DNA of 29,581 bases from Perkinsus olseni. Its lineage: Eukaryota. Under the pieces are notes generated by a model, which saw only the letters and a list, made by a program, of their open reading frames with translations, was not told the origin of the DNA and searched no databases. A program made the translations under genes and the position numbers. Shown one piece after another: positions 10,601 through 20,600 of this stretch. The stretch's first letter is position 1, and every line of letters begins with the position of its first letter. The stretch is taken from contig JABANN010000057.1 in the NCBI GenBank assembly GCA_013115125.1, forward strand, positions 62,001 to 91,581, in the 5' to 3' direction.

Positions 10601-12679
10601 CCCCTGAGCGCCGTACTTCCTAGGGAAGGTCTGCAGAGGCTTCAATTTCTCCTTCTTAGCTGCATAGTACTCCTAAAGAGGCCCGCAGCTTCCCCTCGCC
10701 GTCAAGACAAACCCTCTCACTTCCTGATCCCCAGTTCCGAGAACCGACGGAAACTTCGCTAACAGAGCACTGATTCGACTCTCATCCTGCTGGTCATCCT
10801 GCCAGTAAGAAACAAAATCGCCTTCAAAGCGAGTACCATCCCACCGCCAACTCCCGACCGAGATTACCGTTTTCCCCTTAGCCCAGGGCATAGTATAGAT
10901 GCCCTCCCCCACGTACGTCTCCAGGCGTGTCTTGGTCGCCGTTTCCTTCAACAGTACTGAAACAACGTCTCTCCTTTGATGACACAGAGAGCAGCCGATA
11001 AACCTCACCATGGAGCTTCGCGAGGAGGTCCATGAAGGCGTGTATGTCGTTCGCTCTCGATGCGAAGTCGTGAGTGCCAAGCGACCACTGGATGTCCGCC
11101 AGGTGCTCAGGATCCTCTACAAGCCTGGCCGGAAGTAGAGGTAGGACTGCGATGAGCGTCAAGTTCAATACTTATCGCTAGTCGGCACATACGCCCGCAT
11201 CTGCCCTATAAGCTCCCCTGCTAGTTTAGTGAAGAACTCCTTATTCCTGAAGCGCATCGATACATGCATCGGCGACCTCCAAAACTCTCATTACGGATCA
11301 ACATCAATACCAGTCATCAGCGGACTCGCTCTGAAAGAAGGAATACGTCATCATGCTGTTGCCGTCGCAGCAGCGCGCGAAGGAGGTACTTGATATTAGT
11401 GAGATGAGTCTTCACCCTATCGCTGTTCTCTCGCAATATCTCCCTCGCTTCCCCTTCCATGGTCGCATCACCTACGACGCCACCAGCGTCGGCGCCCCCT
11501 CCCCTCTCGCCTAAGGAGACTATTACTGATCTTGTCCCACTTGTCCGACACGTCCTCAACGATCTTAGCACTCTCTTCCTTCAGCTTCTGGCCACGGTCG
11601 CTTTGAGCCAACTGCAGAATCACCGTACGACCACCTAACGCCAGTAGCCTGCCATACCGCCTCCGTCTTGTAGTTCTTCGCCGTTTTATCCAACAGCTCG
11701 AGCTCCGCGTTGAACACCTCCATAAGGGCCTTCAAGTCCTCAATCATGCTGTCTGTATTCAAAGACAGCAGCCGCTGGCGTTACCAGCCTGGTGATGAGA
11801 ACACCTCCCCGAGGCTTACCTCCCACGGTCCGCTCCAACAGGGAAGCAAACTGCTCCCCCAGTATGGCGTTCTGTTGGCGGAGGTTGCCGAAGATGTCCT
11901 GCCCAGCCATATCCAGGAATCCCTTCAACCTGTCGAATGCCCGGCGTATCTTGACCTCGGGATAGTAGGCTGAGGTGAGAGCAGGAGCGATGCCACTCCG
12001 CTGCGACGTTCCAATCATCCCCAATTTCGGCGATGCGATCTCTCCTCCCGGAGCGATTCCGAAAATCAATTTTCTATCTTCCATTTCTTTTCTAGAATTG
12101 GCCGTGAAGCGGACACTTTCTACACGAATAACAACACATCGGCACGCACATCCAGGAGCTGAGACTACAATGCCAAGTCGCGGTTTTATTCTCTAGCTGG
12201 TTAGAAGTACGGTGGAGATTTCATTTCGGCGAAGATCGGAAACCCCTCCTACGCTTGAGCGGCCCTTGAGTATGTTCATCGTAGTGAGAGTCATCGAACC
12301 ATTTGAGAAAATGCGAGTCAGCAGCTCGTTCCTCCTCCAAATGCTTCTTAATGGCATCCGCGTCGCGGTCCTCCTCCTCGATAGCCTGTAGCAATAACAG
12401 AACTCACCCTAGCTGCACGCACGCACAAAAGATATTCTCTCCGCCACCTCCCTCACCTCGATGAAGGATGAGCCTATAAGTGCCGAGATGACCTCTGGGT
12501 CGAACATACGAACTTGCTCTTCGAGGAAGGACACGGACACCCCATCCGGTATCTGCCATGCTCCTCCGATACTCATCGTCCATCCAGCCCACCTTGGATG
12601 CGACCGTCTGGGCGTTCCCTCCACCCAAGGGAACCACCACAGTCACCATCCATGCTGATGCAGCCTGCGGAGCCTTCAT
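7634..12679 (-). CDS. Large multi-exon hypothetical protein (possibly two genes) with D/E/H/G-rich low-complexity tracts and S-F/L-x-E/Q motifs
   Basis: In-frame GT-AG splicing can be traced from 12084 to about 9360 and from about 9124 to about 8400. Junctions near 12100-12250, 9125-9360 and 7634-8400 are ambiguous. Acidic tracts lie at 9400-9540, 9790-10240 and 10470-10590. I recognised no catalytic domain. Confidence 0.45.
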
Positions 12680-12771
12680 AGAGATCAAGAGCCTTCAAAC
12701 GCCACAGCACCATGCCAGTTGACACATTCATTAACAACACAAGGCGGGGCTACGAGAAACCGTAACGTCGC

Positions 12772-15294
12772 TCATTTCTTGAAGCCAGTGTGCTCGTTGA
12801 AGTAATCCTGGGCCGCTCCCTGTTTCTGAGCCGCCTTGTGCGCGGCGTCGATAGCCGCCGCTCGCTTGGTCTGGTTCTCCGCCGTCCGGTTAGGATCGGC
12901 CAGTTCGATACCCTGTACCACTCGAATGCGATAGATGCAGCCCCGGGCGCCCCTTACTACCTCAAACTGCGTGAAAGCAAGACTGCTAGACAAGCCACTG
13001 GTGCCGCTGCTGGCAGCAAGCCGCTGCCTCCGCGTCGCACTCAACTTCTGGTTATGCAACATACTCTCCATCAACTGTCTACGCTTCTTGTCTTGCTTGG
13101 CCGCACTCTAGAAACAATCAATGCGCTCTCATCCAGGCACGGGCTCTTCTACCTGTCCGACTCGGCCAATGCCTTCGAGGCCTTGACCAGCTCCCTGGGC
13201 TGCTGCCGATAGCATGCCCAAGCCCCTACCGAAGGCCTCATTCATGTTCAACTCCTCTTCAGCCTCCTCTCCGAACTAAGGAACAAACCCGTGCCGCCCA
13301 TGAGGTCCCGACAGGCGATATTACCTTCATCCGATTAACCTGTTTCCTAGCCTCGCTCATACCATACTTTTCCTTAATCGCCCTGTGCCTCTTGCCTCCC
13401 CGCCTTGGACCCGGCAACTCGTCGGGACGAGGCAACGGCTTCTTCTCTCGAGCTTTGGGCGGCGCCTGTGCCTTCGCCTGACGAGCACTAGCCGAGTGAT
13501 GGTAGAGCCAAACTTGAACCGGCTCACCAAGGAGGCCAGCAGGTCCTCACGCAATTTCACGCCGACCTTGCCCAGCCTGGCCGACTCTTCCGCACTGCCA
13601 GCATTGATATGGAGCGAGTTGTCCACTCTGAAAAAAGGCAGCTACCCTCACTATTACCCGATCGATTCCCCGTTATGGCTAGCGGTCTAATATGTCCCAA
13701 TCAATCTCGGGTTATCGACATAGTTCTTCTATTTCCACACGAAGAAACATGGAATCGGTCGAGAAATGGTACAGGTTCCGACTGATCCCCTTCCTACCTC
13801 GCGCAAATTGCCGACTTGCCCAACAGCAGCCGCACTGCCTTCCGCTTGAAATCAGGAGGCGTCATAACAACGATGTCACTCTGCCATATCAAGCCTTGCT
13901 TCAGTGATACAGCCGACGATGCTCCCATACCTCACAGAGAACAAACACAATACAGTGGTCTCAACCTACCCAGAACCAGTCGGATCTCACCACTCAACTG
14001 CTTTTTCTGCGCTCCCACATGCTCAATGTTTTGACTAGGCATGATGGCCAACTTGTCCACGCCACCAGCACTAGAAATCAGTCTAGCAGCCAAAGGAGCT
14101 CCCAACAGTGAGTTCAGATTGGGCGCATGCTTCGCCATCTGACCCTGCAACGAAGGCGACAGTCCGGCGTCCCATGATCCCCCCGCTGCTGTCTTTACCT
14201 GGAGAAAAATCATTATGTCGTTCTTGCAGTCAGCGAGGTCGTTAGCAGCAGTAATATTGGCGAGCAGCTCTGCATTCTCCCGAGCGGGCAGCCTGACCCC
14301 GCTGCCAGCACTTGAGGTGGCTGTCACCGTAACAGCCACGATGACGTTGTTAGGCAGAAGATCGGAGAGATCCACCTTGGACATGTCCAGCGTGGCATTC
14401 GGACCTACATTGGTGCATTCTATCTCCCTCACAGCCAAGCAGCGTCCACTCTCACCCGATGCATTGCCGAAGACGCCGGCCTCCTCCTTCTCAATGAGCC
14501 TCTGCACCACTCTCATGTAATCCAAGGGCATCGATACAATGCTCTCCAGCTCGGGGAACTTCTTCGAGTAGACCTGGCATAAGCCCGTCATCATCATACG
14601 ATCTGCAACGAGAGCAATGACCCCTCCCCCACTTAGTCGCGCATACTAGTGCCAAACCGACCGAACCTCCATCGGCCAGCAGGACCCCTTCCACAGGCCA
14701 ATACACTACCTTCTTAACATAGCGATGTATGTGATAAATATCCTCGTCAATAGTCACAGCCACTGTGTTGCACTTGGACAGCAGCTCGTATTCCGCTTTC
14801 TTCGTCCCTGCTCCTGCAGTAGAACCGGAGGGCGTCATCTGAAGAGCAGCCCTATGAAGCCACCAGCAGTGTCCTCGAGGGAGCCTGCCTCAGCGCTGGC
14901 GCCAGCAGTGTTGTTGCCATCCTTCATCTCCTCGTCCTCTTCCCCACTCTCCATAGCCGATGAAGCGTCTCTTATCCGCTGCATTGTCGACAGGAAATCC
15001 TCATCAGCCAGCAGCTGCGACACCCCAACTGAAGGCTCTTCCTCCTCTTTCTCATCACCTACGAACTACCATCAAAAGACCGCCCTTGCCAGCTGATACA
15101 GCACCACCTTCCACAGGCAACTTCTCCTCATCTTCCGCGTCATCTCCCTCAACGATCTTAGTTTTATCACCCTCGGTGTCCTCGGCAGCGGTTCGAACGT
15201 CCTACCAACAGTCGGATAATCAAAGACGTCCCTGTCAAAGTCACCTTACCAAGACGTCGTCTAAGTCCGCTAAGAAGGAGTCCGCTAAAGACAT
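12772..15294 (-). CDS. PRPF31: U4/U6 snRNP protein Prp31
   Basis: N-terminus MSLADSFLADLDD. NOSIC/Nop segments: IHRYVKK-VYSKKFPELESIV and APNLNSLLGAPLAARLISSAGGVDKLAIMPSQNIEHVG. C-terminal segments: KPLPRPDELPGPRRGGKRHRAIKEKYGMSEARKQVNRMKFGE and SGTSGLSSSLAFT-GIEL. Confidence 0.96.
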
Positions 15295-15388
15295 GCTGGA
15301 AGGGCCTGGCTACAGCGACCACTCCATCCCTCTGAGAATACTGAACGCAACTGGGTGCCTACTGCCTTGAGAAACTCGGTAAAATGCA

Positions 15389-16926
15389 TCACGCTGTAGC
15401 CCGACCAGCAGCGCCTTCCCACGTTGGAAGGCCCAGTCGCCGTACCGTCTCCACAGGCAGGGCCCACACTGGATCCACCCGACGCAGATGGAAGGATCCA
15501 CTTCTATCGAGAAGACTAAGGCCGGCAAGACCGAAGAATGTGTGGAACACATCCGGTACATCTCCAGGCCTGATTCGAGTCCATCACCACAGCAGCACCT
15601 TCCCAGCTACTACCTGTCAGCAATCCCACCCTCGTCCTCCTCCTGCGCCCGAAGTATGAACCCAGTTAGCGCGTCGCTGTCTATCCAATGCAGCTTGCCC
15701 AAGACGGCCAAGGCGGACGTGATCCACCACGAGTAGCAGACATCCGGCGCCTGATGAGACCCACCTCGCCACCTCACCAGCCCACTAGGAAGGGCCAATA
15801 CCTTCTCGGGACGGCCATTGAAGCCTCCATGCTTCGGTATCTGCCTTTCGGCCAGCCAGTGCCCTAGTCTCCAATCTTCGTTCTCGTCGGCTTTCACTCC
15901 CAGAAGTGCCAAGGCGGCAACGGCACAGAAGGTGTAGGCAGCATGGCTCTCAGCGCCGGGGATGGACCCGAACGCGCCGTCATAGTTCTGGGATGAGCGC
16001 AGCCATGCTATTGCTTTCTGGCGATCGATATCATAGCCTTCGCCTTCTGAAATGAGAACCGCGAGCCTTCCCTTAATGTCCAGCACTCTACGTGCCATTC
16101 TGGGATTCTGCCACTCGTCGCACTCGTAGTTGGCCTTGGGTAGATCCCACTCGGAGAGGTACAAAAACCCAAGGTTGGGGAAAGGACCAGTAGATACTAC
16201 CTTCGATTGACCCTACCGAGTCAAGGAGCGCTAAGATCGCTACAGCGGAGTAGGAAAACCGCCCGTCAACCTCTCCACTGTAATCGCCCTGGAATCCACC
16301 ATCACTGGTCTGCATGCTGATAACGAACTTTCTAGTGCCCAGCCGCTCTCCCTCTGTCAGCGTATCCAAAGCATCAAGCTCGGCTAAGACAAGTAGCGCG
16401 TAGTGAGTTGAGTTTATATGGGAGTCCATTCCTGGGAAGAATCTGCCGGAAAATCGCTCGAGGGAGCTACTTGACTCAGCAGCTGCCATCACCCATATCC
16501 GCCATCCTGGCCTCTGCAGGATTTAACGAAGTCGAGGACATCATCCCGGCGGGTGTAAGTGTGGGGATCCAGTCGGCCCATGGCGTCCAGCGCGGTGATA
16601 CCCCAGTACCTTCCACAGGGACCACTGCTGGTGCTATTTCCGGTGGAGCAGGACTTACGCGCCTCCCATTCGGATGGATTCGGATAGAACATAGTCCATG
16701 GTCACGGCCCTGAGGAAGACGATGGTCAAAACGACAGCCGAACAGGTACTTCTACTACAACCCCTACCACCAAGCGACAAGGCCGCACGCCCGGACAGAT
16801 CGACAAAAGGCTACACGACGACAACTACGGCTACTACGACTGCTACTTCTCAGGCGTGTCCAAATCATAGATATATTTTTCGTGTTTGTCTACCAGCAGT
16901 AGTGGCCGATGCCTTTCCTCTGCCAT
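15389..16926 (-). CDS. RABGGTB: Rab geranylgeranyltransferase (GGTase-II) beta subunit
   Basis: [19 protein letters not shown]...[96 protein letters not shown]. These are prenyltransferase repeats with the Zn ligands D, C and H. Confidence 0.95.
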
Positions 16927-17659
16927 GGTAAAACTGTAACCTCTGCCCAAAGCCATCAGTCACGAGCCGACAACCGTCCACAGCGGCTTCCGGAGGCCCC
17001 TGACCTAATACCCGCCAGGTGCCAATGTCCCCTCCAATAAGCGTCCACAAGCCTGATGTATGGCCAGCGATGTCCTATCCCTCTTAAGAACTCCCACCAC
17101 AAGCGAAGGCAGAGTAGCAGCACACTGGGACGGACCACCTATGCTGATGTTATCCTACGGCCTGCCAGATCGGCAGCACCGGAAGTATCTTCCCGCTCGA
17201 AAGATTCATGTTTTGCAAGACGAGCCCATCGGACCTTGGACCGCAAGCCGCGCGCGCCCAAACAATCGATGAGTTCGGTGGGCTGCGTTCCTTAAGCCGG
17301 TTAGGTGAAATCGTGCGCTTGCTGACCTACATAGGAAGTGGCCGTCTCCCGTCGCCCCAACGTATCTGGACTGACTATAGGGCACACTGGAGGACGTCTG
17401 TCTGAATTTTTACCGGAGAAATGAGAATTGGAGGCTGGGCCCGGGTGGAATTGGGCGCAATTGGTCGCACTCGCTAGTGGAAAAACGTCGAAGTCGATTC
17501 GGTCTCGCGTGTCTATCGTCAGATGACTTAGCCGTAGGAGGGAGTAGTATGTGGATAATAATGGTACTGTTTTCAGGGCTTGATTTTGAGTCGTCGTCCC
17601 GCCGAAAAGAACTCAACTTCGGTCACTGACGAGTCTAGATCTTGCCCAGTAGGGGTGCC
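16927..17659. promoter_or_regulatory. Divergent strand-switch region; probable bidirectional transcription start region
   Basis: The only point in the window where gene orientation changes (RABGGTB on minus, eIF4G on plus). The call is from position only; I identified no promoter motif. Confidence 0.45.
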
Positions 17660-20600
17660 ATGTCTTCAACAGCAAACACAAGCTTTAATCAGCAACAATC
17701 ATCTTCTAACAATATGGGTGGTGGAACAGGACCTAACGGTGCCAACAACAACAACACCAGTGGTCGCGGTTCGTGGGGTCCCCAGAGTACGGGCCCTGGC
17801 AAGGGCAAAGGAAAGGGTGCTGCACCAAGCAACCAGGGCATGCAGCCCCCACCTCCCCCTCCCCCTCACTCGGCCTACCAACCACAACAACAGCTTCAAG
17901 GCGGTTACTATCCTCCCGCAGCTGCGGGTGGCTATATTATGGAGGAGATGGGAATGCCTCAACAATTCGTCCCTCAGGTAGTAGCACTCCCAAAATCCGT
18001 GGAATTTTGCGACCGGTCGTAGCGCTCGAAATTTTCCAAACGCGCTTGCCCTAAAAGGAGACTCTGCCCTGCGGACTCTTCAGCTCTTATCAAGATTTCC
18101 ATATCAGCCCGTTTTGGACCGAGACTGTTGCGCGGGACCCTGCTGTTATTTCGTCTGTTTCAGGGATACGGTTTCGTCATGCCACCGTACATGGCGTATG
18201 GTGGCCCTACGTCCCAGCCTCCACCGCCACCAGTGATGCCCGGCTATGGTTATCAGATGGTACCCGCAGCAGGCATGGGCCCTGGCCCTGGTGGACCAGC
18301 CTACTATGTACCGATGCAAGGCGTCCCCTATGGGGTCCCCGGCCAGGAGTATGCGATGCAGGCGGCTATGATGCCCCCACCTCCGCCACCTCAGCATCAG
18401 CAAGGGTATCCAGGTGGTGGTATGTATGGTCCGCCGTACGGGTCCCCTATGGATTCCGGCGGCCCTATGTCAGCGCCGCCAATGCCGCGGCCTGGCAGTG
18501 GTCCTCAGCAGCAACAACCTCCTCATAGCGGTGCTACTGTTGGTAACGCCAGTGATTCTGCATCTGGTGTTATGGGTGGCGAGGATACCCATCTTCAACA
18601 ACAACAACAGCAACATTTGAATAGTAATAATAGTAATAATAATATTCAGCATCCTGCTGCTTCCTCTCGTCCTGGTGGTAATGTACCAAGTGGAGGTCCT
18701 CCAAGTCGTGGAGGCTCTATGGGCCCTGGCGCGCGCCCATTCCCTGGACCGCCACAACGAGAAGGCTCAGCAGTCTCACTTCCGGGAGGGCGGCCTCGGA
18801 AGCCATTGACTATCATCGACCCCAGTACTGGTCAGGAGGTCAAATTGGTTGATCAACCTGATACCACTACTACGACTGCTGCTAAAGACAGCAAGGCTGC
18901 AAACAGCAGCGGCAGCGACAGTAATGCAGCGCCTGTCGCTCCTACAGCAGCCCCTACCGCTGCTACTGCCAAGCCGGCCCGTCTCGACTCTGGTACCGTG
19001 GAGGAGAAGACTGGTGAGACTCGTCCTACAACAGCAGCAACAACTGAGAGGCCCGGTTCCCGTCAGAAGCCTGCCCAGCCACCATCCTTCGCGGCAGTTG
19101 CCGCTGGTGTGGCTTCAGCGGGCTCTTCGACTGACGCGGCCGAAGGCTCTGCTGGTCAGGCCGTTGGTCGGGGTCAGAAGCAGGAGCCTCCTGCTTCCCC
19201 TACGGCTGCCGCACATCATGACGATTATCGTGGTGTTAACGATCGGAAGAAGCTCTTGAATGCCGCTTTGCGGAAGCCTCTATCATCGGCGACCACCAAG
19301 CCACCACTGATCGACTCTAAGCATCCTAAGCAGCAGCAGTCAACAGCTCCTCCTGCCGCTAGACCAGAAGGACCCTCAGAGAGCCCTGCTCAGGACGTGG
19401 AACGACAGCGTCCGCGGTCGAGTAGCTCGAGCCGTGTGCAGTCCACTGGCTTCGAAGAGGACAAGGTCAACGGAGAGGCCTATGAGCAGCAGCACGGTGG
19501 TCAGCAGCAGCATGCCGGTCTTATTCCTGCCGCTGGTGGCCCTCCTCCTCCTATGTATCAAATGGGTGGTCCGATGCCTTATGGTGGCATACCTCCGTAC
19601 GGAACACCTCCCCCTCCTGCTTACCTTGGGCCTCAGTATGGTGACCCGTTGCAGCAACAGCAGCAGCCAATGCCAATGTATCCACAACCCCCACAAGGCG
19701 GTGGTGCCATGATGATGCCGGTGTTTCCTCAGCCGGGTATGCATGGTCATGTGGAGGAGGGAGAGATGGCCTCTCCGCCTCTACCTCCGATGCCCTCTGA
19801 GCCGCAGCAACAGCAGCAGCCTCCGGTCAGTGGGGATCTGAGTAGTTCCCCACCGGCGTCCCAAGCATCTGTGGCCAAGTCGACGACCCAGTACGGTGGA
19901 AAGAAGCTGGCGCTCAACAAGGCCATCGCTAAGAAGCCACCGGCTGTAGCTGTTACATCTCCTGCAGAGAAGGAGGCCTCCACTGCTCCTACCAGCGGTA
20001 CGGCTGCAGCGGCCAATGAGGCCATAGCTCCCCATACTGAGGGTCCGAACCATCTTGGTGAGACTTCGGCCGTCACGCTCGAGCGCAAGAAGCTGTTCAG
20101 TCGGGCGATTGGGAAACCAAAGCCTGCTGTGACACCACCACCTCCGCAGCCCTCCCCCGAGCCGGCTCAGGAGGCCGCACCGGCAGTGGACGACAGCAAG
20201 CAAGAGGCCGTCTTAGAAGCTGCCGTGGCTGCACCGAAGTCTGTTTCGGGGACCCCGCCATCTTCGGTGGCGTCGCTCGCCAAAAAACGCGGATTCAAGT
20301 GAGTCTTAAACGTGATTGCTAAGGCTTGCCATTCATCGTTATTTTCTCAGGAATATGCCCATCGAACGGTCGGCAGTGCACCCCAGCCCTGTCGTAGCCC
20401 CTCAACCCGCTGCCCCTGCCGTCTCGGAAGAGCCACAGCAGCCTGAGGCGCTCCTTGAGCCTGCGGCTGTTACTTCATCGGTCCCGACCCCCGAGACTGA
20501 AGCAGCGTCGAAGGACAAGGACAGTTGGGAAGAGACTAGTTCGTCTGAGGGCGAGCCAGCGAAAGCGGCTGTGGTTCACGAGGAGGCTGAAGTTCGGGAA

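Noticed and set aside
13675-13687. ACCGCTAGCCATA on minus, similar to the start of the dinoflagellate/Perkinsus spliced leader; also GTAGCCTTTTG near 16804-16814
   Set aside because: These are short gapped matches inside introns, without the GGCTCAAG end or an SL RNA context, so they are compatible with chance.
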